This document shows positions 1-9,365 of a DNA stretch of 64,000 nt, one piece after another; within the stretch, counting starts at the first letter, position 1, and every line of letters starts with the position of its first letter. The stretch covers positions 7,483 to 71,482 of the forward strand of contig CAYIHY010000001.1 of the NCBI GenBank assembly GCA_964363345.1, given 5' to 3'. A program made the translations under genes and the position numbers. The notes beneath the pieces were generated by a model, which did not search any database, had not been told where the DNA came from, and saw only the letters and a program-made list of their open reading frames with translations. The stretch is from Candidatus Woesearchaeota archaeon. Its GTDB lineage: Archaea > Nanobdellota > Nanobdellia > Pacearchaeales > GW2011-AR1.

Positions 1-136
1 CTTCCTGGAGCTAAGGGAATTACCAAAGAAAATTTCATAATTAAAAAATAAGAAGTTTTGTCTTTAAAAATTCATTTATTCTCTAAAGATATCTTCAATA
101 CATTAGTTTTAAAAATTTATTTTATCTCTCTTATTA

Positions 137-1654
137 ATGAATGCACGAGAAAACTCTTTTAACATAAGAGATCAAATAATAAAAAATAGTTTTTGGAATG
201 TTATAAACAGCGGGATAAATCGGGTTGGGAGTTTCATATTAGTAATCTTGCTTTCAAGAATATTGATGCCCGAAGGATTTGGAAGATATTCTTTAGCCCT
301 AACTGTTGCTCTTTTTTTTATGACCTTTTCAGATATGGGGATTAATCAAACGTTGATAAGATATGCTTCTATGGGGATAAATAAAAAAAATGGAAAATCT
401 TCATCTTATTTTCGATATCTTTTAAAAATTAAATTCTTCCTTACTCTTTTTTTATCGGGAATTCTGCTTATTCTCTCATATCCTCTTTCTTTTTATATTT
501 TTCAGGATTCAGAATTATTTATCCCCCTTTTAATTCTTAGCTTTTATGTATTCCTAACTTCATTAACCGGATTTTTCGAATCATTGTTCTTTATTAAAAA
601 AAATGTAAGGTATATATCCTTCAAAGAATCTGCTCTTTTAGTTCTGAAGTTAATTGCAATTTCTTTAATCGGTTATTTAATCATTATTCAGGCAAGATTA
701 GTTTGGATTTTTCTTTCTTTCGTGATTCTCTCCATGTTAACTTTCTTCTTTGATTTTTATTTTTCTAAACGGGCGTATCCCAATCTTTTCCAAAAAACAA
801 AAGAAGAAATAGACAAAAAAGAAATTAGGAAGTTTATTCTTTCTTTAAACGTGCAGAATATCGCATTAACTATTCTTGCCCAAGCGGGCATTCTTTTTTT
901 AGGAATTTTTCTACCTGCAAAATATGTTGGATATTATAACTCTTCTTTGATTATTGTGGCAAGTTTAGCTAATTTATTTCTTTTCTCTTCAGTATTTTTA
1001 CCGATATTAACAAATATGAAAGAAGATAAGTTCAGGAATTTTATTAAAAAAATATTCAGATTATTTTTTCTTATTCTTCTCCCTCTTTCCTTTGGATTAT
1101 CTATCTTATCTAGGTTTTTTATTTTTGCAATATATGGAGAAGACTACCTTCCAGCATGGATTTCCTTAAGCGTGCTAGCATTTTTAATTCCCTGCATAGT
1201 CGGGGTAGATTTATCTTTAGTTTCTTTTTCATCCAAGAATAAATTAAAATCATTTTCCCGACTTATGTTACTCTCAACTTTAATTTTCATTTTTTTAAAT
1301 TATATCTTCTTAAAAATATTTTTAAACTTTTCCCCTGAAGCAGTTTTGGTTGGAGCATCAATTGCTGCACTAATAACATGGTTATTTTGTTTTATTTTTT
1401 CAGTTTTCCTTTTAAAAAAAGAATTAAACTTGCAGGTTATTTCTTCATGGATATTTAAGCCGATTCTTTCCTGCATAATTATGTCAGGATTTTTATTATT
1501 GTTTTTAAGATTTGGAGAAATGACTATATTAAAAGGAATTTTTTCAATTGTTCTTGGAGCCTTGATATATTTAATTTGCCTATTTTTAGTAAAAGGAATA
1601 AAAAAAGAAGAGATTGCTTCAATATTAAAAATAATTTTATCCAGAAAAAATTAA
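137..1654 (+). CDS. Polysaccharide biosynthesis flippase (Wzx-like, MOP/MATE superfamily); polytopic membrane protein
   Basis: 505 aa with ~12-14 hydrophobic segments. The N-terminus (NSFWNVINSGINRVGSFILVILLSRILMPEGFGRYSLA) is typical of Wzx/PST-family exporters. It converges on the sugar-biosynthesis operon. Confidence 0.55.
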   Translation: MNARENSFNIRDQIIKNSFWNVINSGINRVGSFILVILLSRILMPEGFGRYSLALTVALFFMTFSDMGINQTLIRYASMGINKKNGKSSSYFRYLLKIKFFLTLFLSGILLILSYPLSFYIFQDSELFIPLLILSFYVFLTSLTGFFESLFFIKKNVRYISFKESALLVLKLIAISLIGYLIIIQARLVWIFLSFVILSMLTFFFDFYFSKRAYPNLFQKTKEEIDKKEIRKFILSLNVQNIALTILAQAGILFLGIFLPAKYVGYYNSSLIIVASLANLFLFSSVFLPILTNMKEDKFRNFIKKIFRLFFLILLPLSFGLSILSRFFIFAIYGEDYLPAWISLSVLAFLIPCIVGVDLSLVSFSSKNKLKSFSRLMLLSTLIFIFLNYIFLKIFLNFSPEAVLVGASIAALITWLFCFIFSVFLLKKELNLQVISSWIFKPILSCIIMSGFLLLFLRFGEMTILKGIFSIVLGALIYLICLFLVKGIKKEEIASILKIILSRKN

Positions 1655-2769
1655 TCCTTTAAAATTTCTTTTAAAGAAGTGCAAACATATTTCATCTCCT
1701 CTTCACTTAAATTGCTTGAACTGGGTAAATAAAATCCTCTTAAGCCTATTCTATCTGAAACAGGATAGTCTCCAGAACAATCAGGAGCATTTTCAACAGT
1801 TTTGTTGAGATATGCTGGTTGCTGGTGCATTGGAATAAAAAAACTTCTTGTTTCAATTCCCTTTTCCTTTAATTTTTCTTTTACTTCATCCCTTAATAAT
1901 TTTACGCTTTCATCTAAAACTACTGCATACATCCAGTAAACATTTTTCATTTCTGGTTTTTCTTTTGGTAAAATAAGTCCTTTGGTTCCGTTTAAAAGAA
2001 CATTATATCTTAATCCAATATTTCTTCTAGCTTCAACTAACATTTTAGCATTTTCTACTTGAGCACATCCTATTGCTGCTTGGATATTCGTTAATCTGTA
2101 GTTGAAACCAACTTCGGTATGAGTAAATCTTGGAACATCAAAAGCATGATTTCTTAATTTTTTCATTTCATCGGCGAGAGCTTTATTATTAGTAATACAC
2201 ATTCCTCCCTCGCCGGTTGTTAAAATTTTATTTGCATAAAAACTAAAACACCCAATGTCACTCATTGCTCCGCACATCTTCCAGTGGTATTCTGCCCCGT
2301 GCGCTTCAGCTGCATCCTCTATCACATAAAGATTATATTTTTTCGCTAACTCATTAATCTCGTCCATGTCACAGGGATGTCCATAAATATGAACAGGCAT
2401 TATTGCTTTTGTATTTGGAGTAATTTTTTCTTCTATTTTTTTAACATCAATGCAATAAGTTTCTTTGTCGCAATCAACAAGAACGGGTTTTGCCCCGGTG
2501 AATATAACTGCATTTATCGAAGCGGCCATAGTGAATGTTGGAACAATAACCTCATCCCCTTTTTTTAAACCTAATGCCGCACAGGCTAAATGTAACGCAG
2601 CTAAACCGCTGGTGCAACAAACCCCATAATCTGCCCCACAGAATTTAGCAAAATCTTCTTCAAATTTTTCAATATATTTCCCACCGCTGCTTATCCAATT
2701 AGTATCAATCGCATCATCTACATATTTTTTTTCATTTCCAGGAAGCCAAGGTTTGCATACAGGAATCAT
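1651..2769 (-). CDS. DegT/DnrJ/EryC1/StrS-family PLP-dependent sugar aminotransferase
   Basis: 372 aa. The N-terminal region (GGKYIEKFEEDFAKFCGADYGVCCTSGLAALHLAC) and overall length match nucleotide-sugar 3-/4-aminotransferases. Confidence 0.85.
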   Translation of the reverse strand: MIPVCKPWLPGNEKKYVDDAIDTNWISSGGKYIEKFEEDFAKFCGADYGVCCTSGLAALHLACAALGLKKGDEVIVPTFTMAASINAVIFTGAKPVLVDCDKETYCIDVKKIEEKITPNTKAIMPVHIYGHPCDMDEINELAKKYNLYVIEDAAEAHGAEYHWKMCGAMSDIGCFSFYANKILTTGEGGMCITNNKALADEMKKLRNHAFDVPRFTHTEVGFNYRLTNIQAAIGCAQVENAKMLVEARRNIGLRYNVLLNGTKGLILPKEKPEMKNVYWMYAVVLDESVKLLRDEVKEKLKEKGIETRSFFIPMHQQPAYLNKTVENAPDCSGDYPVSDRIGLRGFYLPSSSNLSEEEMKYVCTSLKEILKD

Positions 2770-3173
2770 TTTATATATTCTTTCTCTCCTTCTCTGTAAG
2801 GTCCCTGCTTTATCGCTATATATTTTGTTCCTTTTTCTAAACTTTTTAATTCATGTCCCGAATTTAATATTATAAACTCTCCTGGGTTAAGAGTTCTTTC
2901 TGTAAATTTTTCATCTTTTTTAGAATAAATACCAACACTTATTTTTCCCTGAATAACATATATGAATTCTTGAGCAGCTAAAAAATTTAAATTTTCAAAA
3001 GGAGGATGTTTATGCGGGGCCCAGTAATCTTCTTGATTAGAATTTTGTACAACAAGCTGAATGCCAAATTCATTAGGAGTAATGAAGTTAGATTTCCCCC
3101 CTATTTCTTTAGTTTTTCCAACTATCGCTAATATTTTATCTTTATCTAAAATCTGCTCAATATTTTTGGACAT
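2766..3173 (-). CDS. Small cupin-fold protein (possible WxcM/FdtA-like sugar ketoisomerase or epimerase)
   Basis: 135 aa; the His-rich beta-barrel segment (WAPHKHPPFE ... FIILNSGHELKS) fits a cupin metal site. It is translationally coupled (4-nt overlap) to the DegT gene. Confidence 0.35.
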   Translation of the reverse strand: MSKNIEQILDKDKILAIVGKTKEIGGKSNFITPNEFGIQLVVQNSNQEDYWAPHKHPPFENLNFLAAQEFIYVIQGKISVGIYSKKDEKFTERTLNPGEFIILNSGHELKSLEKGTKYIAIKQGPYREGEKEYIK

Positions 3174-3188
3174 TTTTATTATTTTTTC

Positions 3189-3566
3189 TTAAATATTTAC
3201 TCTCACCACATCATCTTCATAACCTGTTCCTGCTCTAGACAAGCTTATCATATCAATCATATCTGAATCTTCTAATGCCTTAAAAACATGCACAATATTT
3301 GAATTTATTGTAATCATTTCTCCAGCATTCAATATGAAAGTTTCCCTTTCTTCAAGATTATCTGGATTAGCAACAGTAACTTCAAATTTACCTTTTAAAA
3401 TATAACTATATTGTATAGACTGTTTGTGGTAATGCTTTGCCCTTACAACCCCTTTTTTAGTTACTATAAATCCTACATGGCTAACTTCTTTATTTAAAAT
3501 ATCAGTTATTGTCCCTCTTTCATCAATATGCACCGGACTTATTTTTTCAACTGTTACTCCTTCCAT
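3189..3566 (-). CDS. Cupin protein, WxcM-like / FdtA-type NDP-4-keto-6-deoxy-sugar 3,4-ketoisomerase candidate
   Basis: 125 aa; HYHKQSIQYSYILKGKFEV ... NIVHVFKALED resembles the WxcM C-terminal cupin (FdtA family). It sits between the aminotransferase and the C-methyltransferase. Confidence 0.45.
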   Translation of the reverse strand: MEGVTVEKISPVHIDERGTITDILNKEVSHVGFIVTKKGVVRAKHYHKQSIQYSYILKGKFEVTVANPDNLEERETFILNAGEMITINSNIVHVFKALEDSDMIDMISLSRAGTGYEDDVVRVNI

Positions 3567-3567
3567 T

Positions 3568-4848
3568 TTATTTTTTTATCCCCTTATCTATGTTAATATA
3601 ACTTCTTATTTCTATACCTTGGGGAGTGATGGGATTTATAAATCTTCCTCCGTTGTCAGAAAATTTTTTATTATTTCTAATAATCTCCTCAGCAAAATTC
3701 CATGCAAAGATTATCCCATAATCTGGTTTATCCTCTAAAATTTTATTTTCATCGACAATTGGAATATGCATTCCGGGGGTGTAATTTCCTAATTTTATTA
3801 TTGATTTTTCTGTAGAATAATCAATAAGATTACTATCAATCTTGCAATAATTCAAAAGGGTATTTCCTTTCGCAGGGGCGCTGATTCCAATAATCTTATT
3901 GCCTTGCTTTTTTAATTCCCTCAGCAATTCAACAAACTGTTTTTTATGATTTTTTACTCTATCCGAAAAATTGTTCAATATTTCTTTTTTGTAAATTCCT
4001 TTTTCATTTTCTAAATCCAAAAACTTTTTTACATTTTCTTCAATCTTTCTTTTTCCATTCCAACAGACAAATACTCTTATTGAAGTTCCATGTATACTGT
4101 ATTTTTCAACATCAAATACATCCATCCCCCATTTGTTAAAAAAGTTAACTAAAGGTTTTACCGAGGTATATTCCAAATGGTCAATGTAAATTGTGTCATA
4201 TTCTAAATTATCAATTAAATCAACTAGATATGGTGCTTCAATTATAAAAACTCCTTCATCATCAAGCATAATCTTCAAGCTTTCCATTAATGATCCCTTG
4301 TTATCTATATGTGCAAAAACATTTGTTCCCGTTATAACTTTTGCTTTTCCCTTAAGTGAAACTATTCTTTCTGCCACTTTTTGATTGATGAATTCTTGCC
4401 AGGTTTCAATTCCGTTTTCATTTGCAATTTTTGCAATTTTAGGTGCAGGGTCAATTCCAAGAATTCTCATTCCATTTTTTTTGAATCCTTCAAGTAAAAC
4501 TCCGACATTGCTTCCTATATCAACTGCGAGGGAATTTTTTTCAAGATTAAGTTTTTTGCAGACTAAATCTGCCATCTCCCAAAAATGTTCCCTTCCCGTT
4601 TTGGTAATTGAAGATTCATACAGATATTTTTTTCCATATAATATCTCGGGATTTGGAGCATAGGTTAATTGGGTTAATCCACAATTTGAGCATTGACAAA
4701 CTTTCAGCGGAAAAAATATTTCTGGTTCATTAATTTCTTCAGAGGAAAGAATTCCATCTGCGGGGGGCATGAATCCCAAATCCAAAAAATTATACAAATT
4801 TTCAGAACCGCACATTCTGCAATTTGTTATTTTTCTTCCAAATTCCAT
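3568..4848 (-). CDS. NDP-sugar C-methyltransferase-like enzyme (N-terminal Zn-ribbon + class I SAM MTase + C-terminal C-MTase domain)
   Basis: 426 aa; N-terminal CRMCGS...C..C.NCG zinc ribbon; central VDIGSNVGVLLE (SAM-binding GxGxG-like); same architecture as the TylC3/NovU-type C-methyltransferases. Confidence 0.6.
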   Translation of the reverse strand: MEFGRKITNCRMCGSENLYNFLDLGFMPPADGILSSEEINEPEIFFPLKVCQCSNCGLTQLTYAPNPEILYGKKYLYESSITKTGREHFWEMADLVCKKLNLEKNSLAVDIGSNVGVLLEGFKKNGMRILGIDPAPKIAKIANENGIETWQEFINQKVAERIVSLKGKAKVITGTNVFAHIDNKGSLMESLKIMLDDEGVFIIEAPYLVDLIDNLEYDTIYIDHLEYTSVKPLVNFFNKWGMDVFDVEKYSIHGTSIRVFVCWNGKRKIEENVKKFLDLENEKGIYKKEILNNFSDRVKNHKKQFVELLRELKKQGNKIIGISAPAKGNTLLNYCKIDSNLIDYSTEKSIIKLGNYTPGMHIPIVDENKILEDKPDYGIIFAWNFAEEIIRNNKKFSDNGGRFINPITPQGIEIRSYINIDKGIKK

Positions 4849-6014
4849 TAGTTATCCTCTTCGTGTAATTTAATCCCATATTTTTCTGCAAATTCTAAAA
4901 GAGGTTTTATTGCAGAACTTATTTTTTCCCCGATTTCTTTTTCTCTGCCTAAAATATAAGCCTCTTTTCTAACTAAATCTAAATCATGCTCAGACATCTT
5001 TCTTACGAGTTCCTTAAATTTTGTTTTTGGTTCCCAACCTAATTTTGTTTTTGCTTTAGAAGGATTTGCGCATAAAAGTTCTACTTCTGCAGGTCTGAAA
5101 TATTTTGGATCAATTTTTACTATTATTTTTCCATTTTCATCTAAGTATTCTTCTTCAATTCCTTTTTTTCCATTTGAATGAATCTTAATCCCTAAAACTT
5201 TTGCAACCTCTTCTAAAAATTCTCTTACCGAATGAGTTTCGCCAGTTCCGATCACATAATCCCCCGGTTCATCCTGTTGCAGCATCAACCACATTGCTTC
5301 GACAAAATCCTCAGAATGTCCCCAATCTCTTTTAGCCTCCAAATTTCCCAGAGAAAAATTTTCTATCAATCCTAGTTTTATTTGAGCCAAGGACTTAGTT
5401 ATCTTTCTTGTAACAAAATTTTCCCCCCTTCTTTCTGATTCGTGATTAAATAAGATTCCATTAGATGCATGTATCCCATAAGATTCTCGATAATTTACGG
5501 TTATCCAATAAGAATAAACTTTTGAACATCCATATGGGCTTCTCGGATAAAATGGGGTTTTTTCTGATTGAGGAACTTCTGCAACTTTTCCAAACATTTC
5601 TGAAGAAGAGGCCTGATAAAATTTTGCTTTTGGACAGAGGTCCTTTATAGCTTCTAATAATCTGAGTGAACCTAACCCCGTAATTTCGGATGTGTTTTCT
5701 GGAATATCAAAACTAATCCTCACGTGGCTCTGGGCTCCCAAATTATAAATCTCGTCGGGCATAACTTCTTTTATTATTTTTTTTAGAGAAGAAGAATCTG
5801 TCAAGTCCCCATAATGAAGCACAATTCCTTCTGAATCTTCAAAGAATCTTTTTCCTTTGCTAAGATGTTCAATTCTTTCCGTATTAAAACTACTCGATCT
5901 TCTGACAATGCCATGGACTTCATACCCTTTTTTTAATAAAAATTCTGCAAGATAACTCCCATCTTGCCCGGTGATTCCAGTAATCAGAGCCTTCTTTTTT
6001 AATTCCATATTCAA
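4848..6014 (-). CDS. gmd: GDP-mannose 4,6-dehydratase
   Basis: [43 protein letters not shown] is the canonical Gmd N-terminus; Y..K catalytic dyad present; 388 aa with a C-terminal extension. Confidence 0.85.
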   Translation of the reverse strand: MNMELKKKALITGITGQDGSYLAEFLLKKGYEVHGIVRRSSSFNTERIEHLSKGKRFFEDSEGIVLHYGDLTDSSSLKKIIKEVMPDEIYNLGAQSHVRISFDIPENTSEITGLGSLRLLEAIKDLCPKAKFYQASSSEMFGKVAEVPQSEKTPFYPRSPYGCSKVYSYWITVNYRESYGIHASNGILFNHESERRGENFVTRKITKSLAQIKLGLIENFSLGNLEAKRDWGHSEDFVEAMWLMLQQDEPGDYVIGTGETHSVREFLEEVAKVLGIKIHSNGKKGIEEEYLDENGKIIVKIDPKYFRPAEVELLCANPSKAKTKLGWEPKTKFKELVRKMSEHDLDLVRKEAYILGREKEIGEKISSAIKPLLEFAEKYGIKLHEEDN

Positions 6015-6123
6015 TTTTCATTGGGATACCTTAAATACTTTATTGAAGACAAATATATATCAAAAAAAGCAATATAACTCAGATAATTTATTTTTTGAAG
6101 AGTTTTTTTTATTAATTTAGAGA

Positions 6124-7002
6124 TTAATAAAAATCTTCTTGGATTATACTTTCTAATGCACCTAATGTGGAAAAAATAATCTCTGATTTTTCTCGCATCT
6201 TTTCTTCTTTTATCATCCTTTGCAAAGAGGGATAATTTTTAATAGAAATAAATTTTTTATGTTCTCTTTCTTTAACATTCTTTTTCCACGCTTCTGAGAG
6301 AAAATAAAACTGAGGGATATTGATTTTTACCAAATAACAAAAGTCTAAGTCATCTCCATTCATTTTTGGGTCTGAAAAAAGACCTAAAATTTTTAAATCA
6401 GCTATTTCTTCCAGAGAAATTCCAACTTCTTCATTAATTTCTCTTATCATTTCTTTTTTTAAACTAATCATAGAAGGATTTTCTTGATAGTCAACATTAC
6501 CTGCAATTCCTTGAAGTAATCCGTCATATATATCTTTTTGAACTTGCCTTTCTCCGACTATAATCCTTCTATCCGAAGTTAGAATAATTCCCGTTACTCC
6601 GAGATTTCTTCCAAAAAATGCATAGGGGTCATTAAAGTACCTTTTTCCCAATCTTGTTAATTTCTGTGTCTCATCTCGAGTTCTTTTTTTCTTTTCTATA
6701 ACATCTAAAAAAGTAATGTGACCAAGTTTAATAGTAAGTTTAGAATTAGAAAATGATGATGAATCATATCTCATCTTTCTATCATCATAAGGGCTATTTG
6801 AGCCGTCGCTTATTTTTCCTTCTTTTATCATCGGATTGAGAATATTTTCATCATACCAAGAGATATCTCTCCTATTTAACGGGCTTTTATAATCTGCCCT
6901 ACATAAACCGGGAAGGATAGAAATCTCCTTTAAACTACTGCAATTTTCCCTAGATATTTCAATTCCTTCTACACTTTTTTCTATCTCATATTTGGAGTTC
7001 AT
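6124..7002 (-). CDS. Nudix hydrolase domain protein (C-terminal Nudix domain with N-terminal extension)
   Basis: A Nudix-box-like element GIAGNVDYQENP....EMIREINEEVGI (G-x5-E-x7-REUxEExGU pattern) in the C-terminal half; 292 aa. Confidence 0.45.
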   Translation of the reverse strand: MNSKYEIEKSVEGIEISRENCSSLKEISILPGLCRADYKSPLNRRDISWYDENILNPMIKEGKISDGSNSPYDDRKMRYDSSSFSNSKLTIKLGHITFLDVIEKKKRTRDETQKLTRLGKRYFNDPYAFFGRNLGVTGIILTSDRRIIVGERQVQKDIYDGLLQGIAGNVDYQENPSMISLKKEMIREINEEVGISLEEIADLKILGLFSDPKMNGDDLDFCYLVKINIPQFYFLSEAWKKNVKEREHKKFISIKNYPSLQRMIKEEKMREKSEIIFSTLGALESIIQEDFY

Positions 7003-7024
7003 TTCCTCCCCAAAAAAAAGAACT

Positions 7025-8206
7025 CTATAAACTTTTCTGTTTAGAGTTTTCCCATTCTTTTAAAAGTTCAGAACTTGAGCGTATTTTTCCTCCGCCCACG
7101 TTAAAAATCACCTGACATCCTATTTTTTTACAAGCTTCAATTTCCTTTTCGGAAAATTGACTTAAACTGATCACATCCCCCCCTTTAGCGATAATATTTG
7201 GTTTTATTTTTAATATAACCTCACTAATCTCGGTTTTATCACTTTCTAAGGTTACGACTTCATCTACACAGTTTAATTCTTCAATTATTGCCTTTCTATC
7301 TTCTGCAGGCATAAATACTTTGCCCTTCTTATTCCGGATATAACTATCCCCATCTATAACTACAATTAATTTACCCCCAAGTTTTTTTGCTTCTTTAAAA
7401 TGGGTTAAATGCCCTAAATGGAGAGGGTCAAATCCCCCACTAACCATAATAATTTTATCTTCCTTTTTTTGTCCGATTAAAATCATATTCCAATCTTTTT
7501 CACTTAGTTCTTTATTTATTTCGAAAGAAGGACATTGTTGAATTAATTCTATTCCTTCATCTTCGGCATACTTCCTTAATTCTTGAGGAAAGAAAAATCT
7601 TACTTTATGTTTTTCTTCATAACTATCAATTAAATTTCCATCCTCAAAAACACTGATGTCAAATCTGATATCTACAGAATGATGCGCGTAATCTATAATA
7701 GGAAAACTTTTTCTAACAATTTTTAATCTTTCAACTTCCATAATTTTTTCCCGAGAAGAAGGGGGTTCATGAATCACCCCCAGACCATTCCAGCAGTCAA
7801 TTAGGAGCAATCCATTTTCATTCAAATGTTTTCTGGCAGTCTTAAAGAAATTTTCTATTTGTTTATTTTCAGTTAAATATCCTATCGCCGAAAACATGCA
7901 AATTATACAATCAAATTTTTCATTTATATCAAAATTAGACATGTCCCCCACAAGAAAATTCATGCCTGGATTCTTCTCTTTTGCTATTTGAATCATCTTT
8001 GGAGAAAGATCCAACCCAGTAATGTTATATCCTCTCTTTGCTAATTCTGCATCATGGATTCCGGTTCCACAGCCCAGATCCAAAATTTTTTTAATCGGTA
8101 AAACAGATTTTTTAAAAACCCCATCTAAAAAATCACATTCTTTACTATAATCCTTTCCCCGATTAAATAAATCATAATACTCTGCATAATTTTTATTGAA
8201 ACTCAT
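7025..8206 (-). CDS. Fusion protein: class I SAM-dependent methyltransferase (N-term) + cytidylyltransferase-like nucleotidyltransferase (C-term, RfaE-II/TagD-like)
   Basis: N-term LDLGCGTGIHDAELAKRGYNITGLDLSPKMI (SAM motif I); C-term IIMVSGGFDPLHLGHLTHFKEAKKLGGKLIVVIDGDSY (the (H/T)xGH motif of the cytidylyltransferase family). Confidence 0.65.
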   Translation of the reverse strand: MSFNKNYAEYYDLFNRGKDYSKECDFLDGVFKKSVLPIKKILDLGCGTGIHDAELAKRGYNITGLDLSPKMIQIAKEKNPGMNFLVGDMSNFDINEKFDCIICMFSAIGYLTENKQIENFFKTARKHLNENGLLLIDCWNGLGVIHEPPSSREKIMEVERLKIVRKSFPIIDYAHHSVDIRFDISVFEDGNLIDSYEEKHKVRFFFPQELRKYAEDEGIELIQQCPSFEINKELSEKDWNMILIGQKKEDKIIMVSGGFDPLHLGHLTHFKEAKKLGGKLIVVIDGDSYIRNKKGKVFMPAEDRKAIIEELNCVDEVVTLESDKTEISEVILKIKPNIIAKGGDVISLSQFSEKEIEACKKIGCQVIFNVGGGKIRSSSELLKEWENSKQKSL

Positions 8207-8207
8207 T

Positions 8208-9353
8208 TTAATTTTCTTCCAGAATTTTTTTTAATCTTTTGATAAAATTTTTTTCTGAAAAAAATTCTGCTCTTTTTGAGAATTTATTCGGGTTTAATTT
8301 CCCTTCCTCTATCTTTGAAATTATCTCTTTTAATTTTTCTGCTCCTTCTTGAACATCATTAAAACCATAACCATATTTCCCTTTGTCAAGTACTTCAAGA
8401 TAAGCACCGCTTTCTTTTTGCACCAAGATAATGCTCCCCGTAGCTAAAGCTTCAACAGAAGTTAAAGTCATGCTAACTTTTTTTTGAGAATCAATTAATA
8501 CGCTCGATTCTAAAAGGAGTCTTTTTACTTCTTCAAATAACGGGCTTTCAATTATTTTCACTCTATCTGATATCCCCAATTTATGGATAACCTTATTCAA
8601 ATATTCTGTATAAGTTTTCGTATCCGCAGTTCCTCCCCCAAAAATAACTAAATTGTATTCGGGGAAATTTTTTGTTCCAATAGCAAAGATGCGGATTGAA
8701 TCTTCAATGGACTTATTGGGGGTAATTCTTCCAAATACTGAAACTTGTTTTTTCTTTTTTCTTTTTTCATCCAGAAAAGTATCAATTTTTATCTCGGGAT
8801 ATAAAAATATATCCTGACAATTTATTCCCCATAATTTTAATTCCTCTTTAGTCCAATTATCAACGACATAAACTTTGTGATTTTTGCTGGGGATGCAATT
8901 TTTTGAGCCAAGTAAAATTTTAATAAATTCTTTTGTATTCCTGGAAAAACTATTCTTAACCCATGGTCTCTTTAATCCGATGCAGGAAAATCTCCAAATT
9001 ATATATTTTTTATCAAAATTTTTAGGAAGATATTTATGAACAATTCCCCCATCGATATCAATAATTAAATCTACTTCTTTTGCCATCTCAAGAAACTCTT
9101 TTTTCATAAATCTCCTTGGTAAAAAATTTCCCTTGCAGACAAAAGATTTAATTTTTCCGGGATAATAAATTTTTTTTACTTTAATTTTCCCAAAAAGACT
9201 TTCTATTTTTTTATAATCTAACTTAAAAGGAGTGAGAAGATATACTTCCCTATCTAATTTGTTTAATGCACTAATAAAATCAACTAATACTTTTGGGGCC
9301 CCCCCCGCAGAAGAGATATCAAACATCACAACTAATCCTATTTTTTTATTCAT
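8208..9353 (-). CDS. Glycosyltransferase, GT4-like (GT1 clan / GT-B fold)
   Basis: 381 aa; C-terminal SVEALATGSIILVQKESGAYLEV matches the E-x7-E region of retaining GT4 enzymes. Confidence 0.65.
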   Translation of the reverse strand: MNKKIGLVVMFDISSAGGAPKVLVDFISALNKLDREVYLLTPFKLDYKKIESLFGKIKVKKIYYPGKIKSFVCKGNFLPRRFMKKEFLEMAKEVDLIIDIDGGIVHKYLPKNFDKKYIIWRFSCIGLKRPWVKNSFSRNTKEFIKILLGSKNCIPSKNHKVYVVDNWTKEELKLWGINCQDIFLYPEIKIDTFLDEKRKKKKQVSVFGRITPNKSIEDSIRIFAIGTKNFPEYNLVIFGGGTADTKTYTEYLNKVIHKLGISDRVKIIESPLFEEVKRLLLESSVLIDSQKKVSMTLTSVEALATGSIILVQKESGAYLEVLDKGKYGYGFNDVQEGAEKLKEIISKIEEGKLNPNKFSKRAEFFSEKNFIKRLKKILEEN

Positions 9354-9365
9354 TTTAGATAATAT

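Noticed and set aside
2377-2568. Numerous 60-130-aa ORFs on the opposite strand inside long genes (e.g. 2377..2568, 4193..4663, 5465..5650, 9232..9612, 10170..10544, 11620..12151, 16380..16736, 17772..18057, 18709..19011, 20585..21163, 31281..31691, 32462..33161, 41627..41977, 44775..45086, 47056..47301, 49486..49761, 51072..51323, 52463..52705, 56269..56502, 57161..57388, 60681..60905, 62016..62213, 63573..63833).
   Set aside because: They are fully nested antisense to well-supported genes, low-complexity (F/L/I/K-rich) and expected by chance in ~30% GC DNA. Not called.
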